From contig JAYELL010000001.1 in assembly GCA_034717495.1 (NCBI GenBank), positions 66,649 through 130,648 on the forward strand: a DNA stretch of 64,000 nt, given 5' to 3'. The DNA is from Chloroflexota bacterium (GTDB lineage Bacteria > Chloroflexota > Anaerolineae > JAAEKA01). Position 1 is the stretch's first letter; each line of letters opens with the position of its first letter. The notes beneath the pieces were generated by a model, which saw only the letters and a list, made by a program, of their open reading frames with translations, did no database searches and had not been told where the DNA came from. This document shows positions 9,255 to 18,406 of this stretch, one piece after another. A program made the position numbers and the translations under genes.

Positions 9255-11683
9255 GACAAACCTTGCACCAGCTCAACGAAAATCCCCTATCAGCCTTTCC
9301 TCCAGAGTTGTGGCATTCTACACGGCCCTCTGAACGGGCGGCCCGCATCAAGGGCCGGTTGCTGAGCGATGAACGCCAGGTTGATATCGAGCGGGCTCGC
9401 TACGCGACAGAGAGCTACAGGGAAACCGAGGGACGGCCCATGCCTCTGCGTCGGGCCGCCATGCTGCTTCATCTGGTCCGCCACATGAGCATCGGCATTG
9501 AGCCCGACGAGTTGATCGTGGGCAACCGTTCCTTGTTACCCAGAATGGGAGTCATTGCGCCGGAGGGCGCCGTCGCCTGGATCGATCGGGAACTGGATAT
9601 CCTTTCCACTCGTCCCCAGGATCGCTTCAACATTCGTCCGGAGCAGCGTAGTGAGCTCCGCGAACAGATATTTCCCTATTGGCAGGGCAAAACCCTGGAG
9701 GATATGGTTGCCAGGCGCGTGCCCGATCATGTCAAGGTAGCGGTGAAGGGCAAAGCCTTCAGTCTGAACCAGACCGATCATGCTCAGGGCCACATCCTGC
9801 CTGACGTCGCCGGTTGGTTGAGGCTTGGGATCGGCGGCTTCAGGCGAAAAGTGATCGAGGCTCAAGGTGGTGCTGAAACTGCCGGGCAGGAGGTGTTTTA
9901 CAGGGCCTCGCTGATGGCTCTTGAGGCGGCTCAAACCTTCATACGCCGTTACGCCCATCTCGCCCGTCAGCAGGCCAACGACATGGCCGAACAGACCAGA
10001 AGGGCTGAGTTGGAAGAGATCGCCTCGGCGTGCGATCTGCTTTCTGAACGGCCACCTCGAACCTTCGGGCAGGCATTGCAGGCGGTCTGGTTTCTTTTTG
10101 TGCTTCTGCAGATCGAATCAAATGCCAGCAGTTTTTCGCCCGGGCGCCTGGACCAATACCTGTTGCCCTGCCTGGAGCGGGATATTGCCTCGGGTCGCCT
10201 CTCCCTTCCCGAGGCCCAGGAACTGTTGGAGCATCTTTGGTTGAAGTTCAATGAGATCGTCTTGCTGCGAAGTAGCAGCAGCGCCCGCTATTTCGCCGGT
10301 TTTCCCATCGGTTTCAACATCTCCCTGGGAGGACAGCTGGAAGAGGGCCGCGATGCCACCAATATGCTCAGCTACATGTGCCTCAGGGCCCAGGCCGACC
10401 TGGGTCTGACTCAACCCAATCTGTCGATCCGTATCCACCAAAACAGCCCTCAGGAGTTTCTGATGGCTGCCACTGCTGTCATCAGCAAGGGCAGTGGTAT
10501 GCCCCAGGTGTTCAACGATGAGGTGGTGATCCCGGGCCAGATAAACCGGGGGATTGCCCCGGTCGACGCCCGAAACTACGCGGCCGTCGGCTGCGTTGAG
10601 CTGTCCACACCGGGCAAGGCATTGGGCTGGAGTGATTCCTCTATGTTCAATATGATCAGGGTGTTGGAGCTGACGCTCTTTGGCGGCAGAGACCCAAAGA
10701 GCGGCGACCTGATCGGCCTCGAAACGCCTGCCGTGGACGAGATGGATAGCTTCGATGCCCTCGAGGCTGCCTATGACTTGCAGTTGGCTCACTTCGTCGA
10801 TCTGATGGTGCAAGGCTGCAATGTGGTGGACCGCATTCATGCCGAGGTTCTGCCGTCCCCCTTTCTGTCGCTGGTTATCGAGGACTGCATCGACCAGGGG
10901 GTTGACGTTACTGCCGGCGGTGCCCGCTACAATTTCTCCGGTCCCCAGGGTGTGCAGATTGCCAACGTTGCCGATAGCCTGGCTGCCATTTGCCAGGCCG
11001 TTTTCGAGGAGGCGTGGCTCTCGGGCAGTGAGCTGCTCGACGCGCTGCAAAACGATTTTGCCGGCGACGAACAACTGCGGCAACGGCTGATCAACCGGGT
11101 TCCAAAATATGGCAACGACGACGACCGCGTCGACAGGTTCGCCAAAAAATGGGCAGGCCGTTTTTGCCAGGAAGTTGGCCAATACCCGACGATGCGGGGC
11201 GGGACCTACCAGCCTGGTTTTTATACCGTCTCCGGGCACATGCCCATGGGCGCCCATGTAGGCGCGACGCCGGATGGCCGTCATGCTGGCACACCGCTGG
11301 CGGACGGCGGACTTTCGCCCGTGGCCGGCCAGGACCGCAAAGGGCCGACGGCGGTACTTAATTCGGTCGGCAAAATCAACCTGGAACTGGCTTCCAATGG
11401 CACCTTGCTGAATATGAAGTTTTTGCCTTCTTTTTTCGAGGGACAGCAGGCACTGGAGAAGTTCGTCTTGTTGTTGCGAGGGTTCTGTAGCTTGCGAATC
11501 CCTCACGTGCAGTTCAATGTCGTCTCGGCTGATACCCTGCGCCAGGCTCAGATGCATCCCGATCAGTATCGCCACTTGGTTATCCGGGTAGCCGGCTACA
11601 GTGCCTACTTCAGCGACCTGGACAAAGATCTGCAGAATGAGATTATCCGCCGTACCGGGTTTCCCGACATTCCGACATGCTGA
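9251..11683 (+). CDS. glycyl radical enzyme, eliminase/dehydratase clade (PFL-like fold)
   Basis: C-terminal glycyl-radical motif RVAGYSAYFSDL. Cys loop GCVE (VGCVELSTPGK), typical of single-Cys/Glu GRE eliminases (glycerol dehydratase, CutC, HypD type) rather than the PFL CC type. N-terminal region matches GRE eliminases (ERARYATESYRETEGRPMPLRRA...LIVGN). The ATG at 9251 overlaps the ROK stop. Confidence 0.85.
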   Translation: MRQTLHQLNENPLSAFPPELWHSTRPSERAARIKGRLLSDERQVDIERARYATESYRETEGRPMPLRRAAMLLHLVRHMSIGIEPDELIVGNRSLLPRMGVIAPEGAVAWIDRELDILSTRPQDRFNIRPEQRSELREQIFPYWQGKTLEDMVARRVPDHVKVAVKGKAFSLNQTDHAQGHILPDVAGWLRLGIGGFRRKVIEAQGGAETAGQEVFYRASLMALEAAQTFIRRYAHLARQQANDMAEQTRRAELEEIASACDLLSERPPRTFGQALQAVWFLFVLLQIESNASSFSPGRLDQYLLPCLERDIASGRLSLPEAQELLEHLWLKFNEIVLLRSSSSARYFAGFPIGFNISLGGQLEEGRDATNMLSYMCLRAQADLGLTQPNLSIRIHQNSPQEFLMAATAVISKGSGMPQVFNDEVVIPGQINRGIAPVDARNYAAVGCVELSTPGKALGWSDSSMFNMIRVLELTLFGGRDPKSGDLIGLETPAVDEMDSFDALEAAYDLQLAHFVDLMVQGCNVVDRIHAEVLPSPFLSLVIEDCIDQGVDVTAGGARYNFSGPQGVQIANVADSLAAICQAVFEEAWLSGSELLDALQNDFAGDEQLRQRLINRVPKYGNDDDRVDRFAKKWAGRFCQEVGQYPTMRGGTYQPGFYTVSGHMPMGAHVGATPDGRHAGTPLADGGLSPVAGQDRKGPTAVLNSVGKINLELASNGTLLNMKFLPSFFEGQQALEKFVLLLRGFCSLRIPHVQFNVVSADTLRQAQMHPDQYRHLVIRVAGYSAYFSDLDKDLQNEIIRRTGFPDIPTC

Positions 11684-11923
11684 CACGGTGACACGGCGAC
11701 ACGGTGACATGGCAAATGTGCAGGAGTCGAGGCTGTGCGTAGCCCCCTTTTTGGGTTAGCCGGGAGAGAGACACGGCGACGCGGTGACACGGCGACGCGG
11801 CGACGCGGTGACACGGCGACGCGGAGACGCGGTGACACGGCGATGCGGAGACGCGGTGACACGGCGACGCGGAGACACAGCGACACGGCGACATGCTGAC
11901 ATTCCGACCTGAGGAGGTGACAA
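11684..11923 (+). repeat. long 8-bp-phased GNGACNCG repeat array (about 28 octamers) upstream of the URO-D-like gene
   Basis: gacattccgacatgctgacacggtgacacggcgacacggtgacatggc ... gacacggcgacgcggtgacacggcgacgcggcgacgcggtgacacggcgacgcggagacgcggtgacacggcgatgcggagacgcggtgacacggcgacgcggagacacagcgacacggcgacatgctgacattccgac, then gaggaggtgacaaATG. Confidence 0.6.
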
Positions 11924-13156
11924 ATGCTAAGTTCGCGTGAACGGGTGATGATGGCTGTTAACCACCGGGAGCCCGATCGCGTACCGATCGATCTGGGCGG
12001 CCATCGCTCGTCCGGGATCATGGCGATTGCCTACAATCAGCTGAAGCGGCAGCTGGGAATCGACTCGGGCGACATCTACGTCTACGATTTTCTGCAGCAA
12101 TTGGCGATTATCGAGCCTGAGGTGTTGGACCGCTTTGGCGTCGACACAATCGAAATGGGGCGCGGGTTTGCACTTGAGCCGGAAGACTGGCAGGATTGGG
12201 TGTTGCCTGACGGGACCCCGTGCAAGATTCCCTCCTTCATTCACCCTGTTCGCGAAGGCAATGATTGGTACGTCTACCACGAGGATGGCACTCGAATCGC
12301 GGTTCAGAAAGAGAGCTGTTTATATGTGGAGCAGACCTGTTTCCCGCTTGCTGAGAGCGACGATCAGCTCTTTGACGATCTGGCAACGCCCCTGGAAAGG
12401 GTCATGTGGGCAGCCGTGGGTACCCCTCCGGCGCCCATTGGCTACGACGAACAGGGGCTGCAACAACTGGCTGCCGGGGCGAAGGCTCTGCGCGAGTCGA
12501 GCGATCGGGCCATAATCGGACTCTTCGGCGGGAACATCTACGAGTTGCCCCAGTGGCTCTTCAGCATGGAAAACTTTTATTACCTCATGGGCGCGGAGCC
12601 ACAGCGAGTACACCGGCTGTTGGACCAACTGGTAGCCATGCACTTGGAGAACCTGGAGAAGTTCCTGTCAGCGGTTGGGCCCTACATCGACATCATTCTT
12701 TTCGGCGACGACCTGGGTATGCAGAGTGGCCCCCAGTTCTCGCCTCGCATGTTCGAGACCTACTTCCAGCCTCGTTACACTCTGATGTGGGAAACGGCCA
12801 GACGCCTTGCCGATGTCAAGGTAATGCTGCATTGCTGCGGCAGTATCACGCGGTTATTGCCCGGCCTGATCGAAGCGGGGTTGGATATCATTCAGCCTGT
12901 CCAGACCAACGCACGGGATATGGAACCTGACCGGCTCAAGCGCGAGTTTGGCAAGGATATCTGTCTCTGGGGCGGTGGATGTGACACACAGCAGGTGTTG
13001 CCCTGCGGGTCACCCGAGGAGGTGGCCGAGAATGTTCGTCAGAACGTAGAGATCCTGGCGCCGCAAGGCGGCTACGTATTTCAGCAGATTCATAACGTGA
13101 TGGCCGATGTTCCGCCCGAAAATATCGTCGCCATGCTGGATGCTGTTAACCCCTGA
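11924..13156 (+). CDS. uroporphyrinogen decarboxylase (URO-D/MtaA) family protein
   Basis: N-terminus ERVMMAVNHREPDRVPIDLGG matches the URO-D family opening (ERVxAALxGxxxDRVP). C-terminal core FSPRMFETYFQPRY...VMLHCCGSITRLLPGLIEAGLDIIQPVQ...ICLWGG...PQGGYVFQQIHNV. Confidence 0.7.
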   Translation: MLSSRERVMMAVNHREPDRVPIDLGGHRSSGIMAIAYNQLKRQLGIDSGDIYVYDFLQQLAIIEPEVLDRFGVDTIEMGRGFALEPEDWQDWVLPDGTPCKIPSFIHPVREGNDWYVYHEDGTRIAVQKESCLYVEQTCFPLAESDDQLFDDLATPLERVMWAAVGTPPAPIGYDEQGLQQLAAGAKALRESSDRAIIGLFGGNIYELPQWLFSMENFYYLMGAEPQRVHRLLDQLVAMHLENLEKFLSAVGPYIDIILFGDDLGMQSGPQFSPRMFETYFQPRYTLMWETARRLADVKVMLHCCGSITRLLPGLIEAGLDIIQPVQTNARDMEPDRLKREFGKDICLWGGGCDTQQVLPCGSPEEVAENVRQNVEILAPQGGYVFQQIHNVMADVPPENIVAMLDAVNP

Positions 13157-13169
13157 GAACGGAGGCTTC

Positions 13170-14405
13170 ATGGCTGGAGCACAACGCGGGAATTCCAGAT
13201 TGCTCATCGCCTTGGCGTTCCTGAGCTTCATCGCAATGGGTCTGTTTGTCGGCTTGATGGGCGTGGCCTGGCCATCTATTCGCCTGAGCTATGGCATCCC
13301 TCTCGATGCCATAGGGGCTTTGTTTCTGTTTTCCATGGCCGCATCTCTGATCTTTAGCTTCAGTAGTGGCCGTCTGATAGCTGGCGTCGGATTAGGTGTC
13401 CTTCTGTTAATCGGCGGAATCCTGGCCTCTCTGGGTTTTTTGGGATACGCGGCAGCGCCCGCCTGGTGGACGATGATTCTGGCCGCGGCCATCGCCTCGG
13501 CGGGCACCACACTCATAAACACCGGCCTCAATACCTACTTCGCCATCATTTCCACGGCAAGTCTCATGAGCTGGCTCCACGCCAGCTTTGGTCTGGGCGC
13601 TACCATCAGTCCGATCGTGATGGCTGCTATGCTGAATGCCGGATATTCCTGGCGCTGGGGTTTCGCCTTCGTGGCACTCTGTTTCGCTGTTTTGTCCCTC
13701 CTCTACCTCTTCACCCGCAGGCACTGGCCTCTGCCAGAGCACAAGGCCTCCGACCAATCCACCGACGTACCGGTGCAGTCCAGCTACCGGGACAGCCTGA
13801 AACTTGCAGGCGTCTGGCTGAGCCTGTTGCTTTTTGCCGCCTTTACCGGCATGGAGGGGACCGCGGGCCAGTGGCCCTATGTGCTTTTCACCGAATCACG
13901 CGCTATAGATCCTGTCGTCGCCGGCCTGTGGGTCAGTATCTTTTGGGCCAGCATCACGATGGGCCGGCTGTTCTTTGGCGCGATCGTCGGTCGAACGGGC
14001 ACCGTCCCACTGATTCGCGCTTGCGGCGTGCTGATCGTCGCTGGATCGGCTCTGCTCTGGTGGAATCCCAGCAATACACTCAGTTTCGCAGGCCTCATCC
14101 TGATCGGTTTCGCTGCGTCCCCGTATTTCCCGGTGCTTGCCTCGGAAACACCCAGATTGTTTGGCCAGGAGAACGCCGCCAACATAATCGGATTCCAGAT
14201 TACTGCCGTTCGTCTGGGATTGGCTATCGTGCCGGCTTCCGTCGGGGTTCTGGCCCGCGCCGCCGGCCTGGAGACCATTGGCTTGTCGATGTTTGCAATT
14301 GCCGTTGCGGTTGTCGTATTATATGAGTTGACCCTGCGCACCACGGCGCGTGCCGAAACGGCGCTGCCCGAAGGCGAGGGGAGTTATGGAAAGGAACTAG
14401 CATGA
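13170..14405 (+). CDS. MFS transporter
   Basis: About 12 predicted TM helices; Gly/Ala-rich hydrophobic profile. The start at 13170 (RBS ggagg) follows the previous stop. Confidence 0.75.
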   Translation: MAGAQRGNSRLLIALAFLSFIAMGLFVGLMGVAWPSIRLSYGIPLDAIGALFLFSMAASLIFSFSSGRLIAGVGLGVLLLIGGILASLGFLGYAAAPAWWTMILAAAIASAGTTLINTGLNTYFAIISTASLMSWLHASFGLGATISPIVMAAMLNAGYSWRWGFAFVALCFAVLSLLYLFTRRHWPLPEHKASDQSTDVPVQSSYRDSLKLAGVWLSLLLFAAFTGMEGTAGQWPYVLFTESRAIDPVVAGLWVSIFWASITMGRLFFGAIVGRTGTVPLIRACGVLIVAGSALLWWNPSNTLSFAGLILIGFAASPYFPVLASETPRLFGQENAANIIGFQITAVRLGLAIVPASVGVLARAAGLETIGLSMFAIAVAVVVLYELTLRTTARAETALPEGEGSYGKELA

Positions 14406-15460
14406 CCAATTTATTGAAGGTAGGAGTTATCGGTGTCGGTGGTATCGCCAAATGGCACATGCCAGGATGGCAGGCATCTGAACATGCCGAGGTCGTTGCA
14501 GGCAGTGATATCGCCGGGGATGTGCTCGCTGGCTGGGGTGCAGAGTTTTCTGTCGACCGGCTCTACACCGATCCGGCGGATCTCTTTGCTGATCCAGACA
14601 TTGACATCATCGACATTTGCACGCCCAATATGTCCCACACGCCCCTGGTGATTGCGGCGCTGGACGCGGGAAAAAACGTCATCTGCGAGAAGCCGTTGGC
14701 TGCCACACCGGGGGAGATCGAGCAGATGATTGAGGCCCGCGATCGTTCCGGAAAACTTTTGATGACCGCACAACATTTCCGCTTCAAGGGTGTATCTCAG
14801 ACCATGAAGCAGGAGATCGAGGCGGGTGCGCTGGGAGATGTGTATCACGCGCGCAGCTGGCAATTGCGACGCAATGGCTTGTTTGTGCGGCCCAGTTTTA
14901 CGCGCAAGGAGTTCAGCGGGGGTGGCCCCTGTATCGACATCGGTGTACATATCCTCGACCTGTCGCTTTGGTTGATGGGCAATCCCCGGCCTGTGGCAGT
15001 GAGCGGTGTGGCCTGGGCGCCGTTGGCCCATCACGACAGGGCTTTTGCCAGTTGGACTGGCGAACTTATCCGCCCCGATTTCGATGTCGAGGACTATGCC
15101 GCCGCTTTCGTCAGATTCGACACCGGTGCCACGTTGATTCTTGAAGTGAGCTGGCTGCTGCATCACGATATCGAAGGGGAGGATTCTCAAGTGTGGCTCT
15201 ACGGCACCGAAGGTGGATGCCATTGGCCCAAGGCTCTGTTTCTCGAAACCAACTACGATTCAAAACAATTTTACAATCGCACGCTCAAGTTGACCGGGGA
15301 TGCCATGGAACCTCACGGGCTGGAGTGTGTGGCCTTTGCCGAGGCTGTGGCGGAAGGCAGGCCCTCACCCGTGCCGGCCGAACAGTCTCTTCAGGTCATG
15401 ACCATTTTGGATGGCATCTATCGCAGCCAGGAGACTGGACGCGAAATCTGGTTCGAATAA
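14402..15460 (+). CDS. Gfo/Idh/MocA family oxidoreductase
   Basis: VGVIGVGGIAKWHMPGW Rossmann N-terminus, CEKPLA motif; 352 aa. Confidence 0.8.
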   Translation: MTNLLKVGVIGVGGIAKWHMPGWQASEHAEVVAGSDIAGDVLAGWGAEFSVDRLYTDPADLFADPDIDIIDICTPNMSHTPLVIAALDAGKNVICEKPLAATPGEIEQMIEARDRSGKLLMTAQHFRFKGVSQTMKQEIEAGALGDVYHARSWQLRRNGLFVRPSFTRKEFSGGGPCIDIGVHILDLSLWLMGNPRPVAVSGVAWAPLAHHDRAFASWTGELIRPDFDVEDYAAAFVRFDTGATLILEVSWLLHHDIEGEDSQVWLYGTEGGCHWPKALFLETNYDSKQFYNRTLKLTGDAMEPHGLECVAFAEAVAEGRPSPVPAEQSLQVMTILDGIYRSQETGREIWFE

Positions 15461-15464
15461 AGGA

Positions 15465-16475
15465 ATGACAATTATGTTACGCACCGCAATGCTCGGCGTT
15501 GCCCATGTCCACGCCAATGGCTACGCCCGTCAGATTATCGAACATCCCGAAGCGCAGATCGTTTGTGTCTGGGATGACCAGGCTGACCGGGGAACGGCGG
15601 CCGCCGCCAGGTATGGAGTCCCGTTCGCCGATGACCTGGAGGCCCTTTTGAGTCGCCAGGATGTGGATGGTGTAGTGGTCAACGCGCCCACCGACCAGCA
15701 CCCTGAGATTCTAATAGCCGCAGCCGCTCATGGCAAACATATCTTCACCGAAAAAGCCCTCACGATCGCGACAGCCGACGCCGACCGGGTTGTCGACGCC
15801 GTCCACGCCAGTGGCATTAAGTTCATGATCTCCCTGCCAAGACGTACCTGGCCGGAAAGCCTGTTTTTCAAACAGGTGCTCGACGAGGGTTGGTTGGGCC
15901 GCGTCACCATGATGCGCGCGCGCCTGGCCCACCCCGGCGCGCTGGATCGATGGTTCAGCGGGCCGACCGCCTGGTTTGGCGACAGGGAGCAAGCGGGAGG
16001 CGGTGCATTGTTCGACCTGGGCTGTCACATCGTCGATCTGATGGGCTGGTTTCTCGGTGAGCCTGCCAGCGTCGTGGCAGTGACTCAGAATTTCAGCGGC
16101 GAATATGACATCGACGACCAGACCGTGGCCATCGTGCAGTTCAAGCAAGGTGCCCTGGGAATCCTGGACTGCACCTGGGTCCATCGGGCGGGCCCAAATC
16201 CTATTGAGATCTACGGCACGGAAGGCTACGCGGGCTATGATGGCCGGCGCGAGTCTATCCAGTTGATCAGCAACGAACTGCAGCCTGAGGGGATTCGCGG
16301 CAGCATTCACCCTCTGGAACTACCCGAGGCGCTGCCCTCTCCCATGGATCAGTGGATCAGCGCCGTGCTGCACGATACACCGATGACCATTGGCATCGAG
16401 GACGGCCGAAATCTTACGCGGCTCATGGAAGCGATCTACCAAGCTGCTGACAGTGGCTGCCAGGTTGTGGTTTGA
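15465..16475 (+). CDS. Gfo/Idh/MocA family oxidoreductase
   Basis: MLGVAHVHANGYARQI...TEKALT motif with dimerisation domain. The start could alternatively be the ATG at 15474. Confidence 0.75.
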   Translation: MTIMLRTAMLGVAHVHANGYARQIIEHPEAQIVCVWDDQADRGTAAAARYGVPFADDLEALLSRQDVDGVVVNAPTDQHPEILIAAAAHGKHIFTEKALTIATADADRVVDAVHASGIKFMISLPRRTWPESLFFKQVLDEGWLGRVTMMRARLAHPGALDRWFSGPTAWFGDREQAGGGALFDLGCHIVDLMGWFLGEPASVVAVTQNFSGEYDIDDQTVAIVQFKQGALGILDCTWVHRAGPNPIEIYGTEGYAGYDGRRESIQLISNELQPEGIRGSIHPLELPEALPSPMDQWISAVLHDTPMTIGIEDGRNLTRLMEAIYQAADSGCQVVV

Positions 16476-16527
16476 TGTCAATATGTCAGCATGTCAAAAT
16501 GACACAATGACATTCTGGAGAAAACCT
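16476..16527 (+). repeat. short GACA/TGTC octamer-type element upstream of the DHS-SIS gene
   Basis: gatgtcaatatgtcagcatgtcaaaatgacacaatgacattctggagaaaacct ATG. It shares the gacat(t)ccgacatgctgaca core seen at 8.26, 11.67, 11.89, 30.0 and 56.70 kb. Confidence 0.45.
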
Positions 16528-18249
16528 ATGCCTTTCCCGGCAATCGACACATCTCTCGTCCGCACCTACGCGCTGTCGGAACGACCGAGCCTGGTGGCCC
16601 TTGACCACCTTATCACACCGGAAATGCCGGTGCCGCCATTCGACAACCCGGAACTGGTCGAAGTAGCTACGCGAATCGTGGCTGCGCGCCAGGCGGGACG
16701 GCCTGTGATCTGGATGATCGGTGCTCATGTTGTGAAGCGTGGTCTGGCTCCGGTGCTCATCGACCTGATGCGGCGGGGCGTGATTACCCATCTGGCCAGC
16801 AATGGCGCAGCGCCGATCCATGACTTTGAGATTGCCTTGCTGGGCAATACCAGCGAGGATGTGTCCACAAGTCTTGAGGATGGCAGTTTCGGCATGGCGG
16901 AGGAAACGGGCGCTTTCATGAACCGGGCAATCCAGGCAGGCGCCCGCAGTGGTATCGGAGTTGGCGAGGCCCTGGGCCAATGGATTGCAGGGCATGATCG
17001 TTTTCGCTTCCGGGATCAGAGCCTGCTTTACTCTGCCTTCCACCTTGGAATCCCCTATACGGTGCATGTTGCGATTGGCACAGACATCATCCACCAGCAC
17101 CCGGAATGTGATTTCGCGGCCCTCGGTTGGGCCAGTGGTCAGGACTTCAAGGTCTTCACCAGTTCGGTCAGTCAACTGGAGGGTGGAGTCTTCTGTAACT
17201 TCGGTTCAGCGGTGATAGGTCCGGAGGTCTTCCTGAAGGCCCTTTCCATTGCTCGCAATCTGGGGCATAGGGTGCAGGTCTTCACTACGGCGAACTTCGA
17301 TATATTGCCCCTGGAGCAAGACTATCGTAAGCCCTCAACCGACGACCAGCCGACCTACTATTATCGACCGAAGAAGAATATTGTTATCCGGCCTACCTCC
17401 ATGGGTGGACGTGGCTACCACATCGTCGGTGATCACCGGGATACCATACCTAATTTGCATCATGAGGTAGTTCAAGGGCTCGCCGGTACGACCCTGCCCA
17501 ACCCACTGGATCGACGAAATGCAGCATTCGAAGGAGCTGGCGACCTGGAGATGCAATTTCCCAGGGCGGCCGCGTGCCTGTTGGGGGCGATCGAACGGCA
17601 ACCTGCTCTTGAGCCGGTGACGACCGCACTGATCGATGCTTTTCGTGTAGTAAATCTGGCTGAATCGACCGGTGGCACGCTTTTTCTCTGCGGAAACGGC
17701 GGAAGCATGGCAGACGCGCTGCACATTTCCGGCGAGCTACTGAAATCCTACGCCAGGAAACGATCTTTGGAGCAAGGCAGGTGCGATCGCTTGCTTCAGC
17801 AGCCCGATGGGGAACTGTTGGCTCGAAACCTGGAGCCTGGCCTGCGGGCAGTGGTTCTGGGCATCAACCCGTCGCTGGCCAGCGCCGTCGCCAACGACAT
17901 GCCCGATCGTGATATGAACCTGGCTCAGGAGTTGATGGCCCTGGCTCGTCCAGGCGACGTGCTGTTGGGCATCAGCACAAGCGGCAATGCCCGAAATGTG
18001 GCCTATGCCGCGCAGACTGCCCGCGCCCTCGGCGTCCATGTAATCGCTCTTACCGGCGAGGCCGGGGGCCTGCTCGCCGGCCTCGCCGATGTGGCCATCA
18101 AGGTTCCAGCTCAGCGCACCGACCGGGTCCAGGAGTTGCACATCCAGTGCTATCATACCCTGTGTGAAATGCTGGAGGAGCAGTTTTTTGGCGAGGAGGT
18201 TGGGCCATCGCAGGGATGTGTCCATCAACCGTTGGCCCTGTCACCTTGA
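16528..18249 (+). CDS. fusion protein: N-terminal deoxyhypusine-synthase-like (DHS-like NAD-binding) domain and C-terminal GmhA-type SIS domain (sedoheptulose-7-phosphate-isomerase-like)
   Basis: C-terminal ~190 aa is collinear with GmhA: LFLCGNGGSMADALHISGELL...VLLGISTSGNARNV...IALTGEAGG...VPAQRTDRVQELHIQCYHTLCE. N-terminal ~380 aa shows the DHS-like pattern (VIWMIGAHVVKRGLAPVLIDLMRRGVITHLASNGAAPIHDFEIALLG, compare IFLGYTSNLVSSGLRE..VDVLVTTAGGIEEDFIK). The domain assignment of the N-terminus is inferred from memory. Confidence 0.5.
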   Translation: MPFPAIDTSLVRTYALSERPSLVALDHLITPEMPVPPFDNPELVEVATRIVAARQAGRPVIWMIGAHVVKRGLAPVLIDLMRRGVITHLASNGAAPIHDFEIALLGNTSEDVSTSLEDGSFGMAEETGAFMNRAIQAGARSGIGVGEALGQWIAGHDRFRFRDQSLLYSAFHLGIPYTVHVAIGTDIIHQHPECDFAALGWASGQDFKVFTSSVSQLEGGVFCNFGSAVIGPEVFLKALSIARNLGHRVQVFTTANFDILPLEQDYRKPSTDDQPTYYYRPKKNIVIRPTSMGGRGYHIVGDHRDTIPNLHHEVVQGLAGTTLPNPLDRRNAAFEGAGDLEMQFPRAAACLLGAIERQPALEPVTTALIDAFRVVNLAESTGGTLFLCGNGGSMADALHISGELLKSYARKRSLEQGRCDRLLQQPDGELLARNLEPGLRAVVLGINPSLASAVANDMPDRDMNLAQELMALARPGDVLLGISTSGNARNVAYAAQTARALGVHVIALTGEAGGLLAGLADVAIKVPAQRTDRVQELHIQCYHTLCEMLEEQFFGEEVGPSQGCVHQPLALSP

Positions 18250-18406
18250 GCGGAAGTGCCTGATAGCTCATTGGACACGGAAAGTTGTTAGCGAAAGGTC
18301 CCAATCATGTGGGGCGAGATGCTTCGCTAGTCGCGCGTACGCGTGGTGTGCGACCTGTTCCACCGCTCAGCTTGACACGAGCCCACCACCCAGGAGAAGT
18401 TGAACC

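Noticed and set aside
11605-12021. ORFs translating the octamer repeat arrays into repetitive peptides (RVAVSPRLRV..., SPCHRVSASPCHRV..., and at 56581-57183)
   Set aside because: The same DNA repeats occur in different frames and orientations at several loci, always between well-supported genes and ending at RBS-like sequences. They are non-coding periodic DNA, not low-complexity proteins.
13107-13169. Upstream extension of the MFS ORF (MFRPKISSPCWMLLTPENGGF...) and similar 5' extensions at 6109, 9209, 15411, 16390, 25779-26957, 31874, 39908, 43126 and 61612
   Set aside because: The extensions overlap the preceding gene or run through repeat DNA. Internal Met codons with RBS-like sequences and homology-consistent N-termini were preferred.
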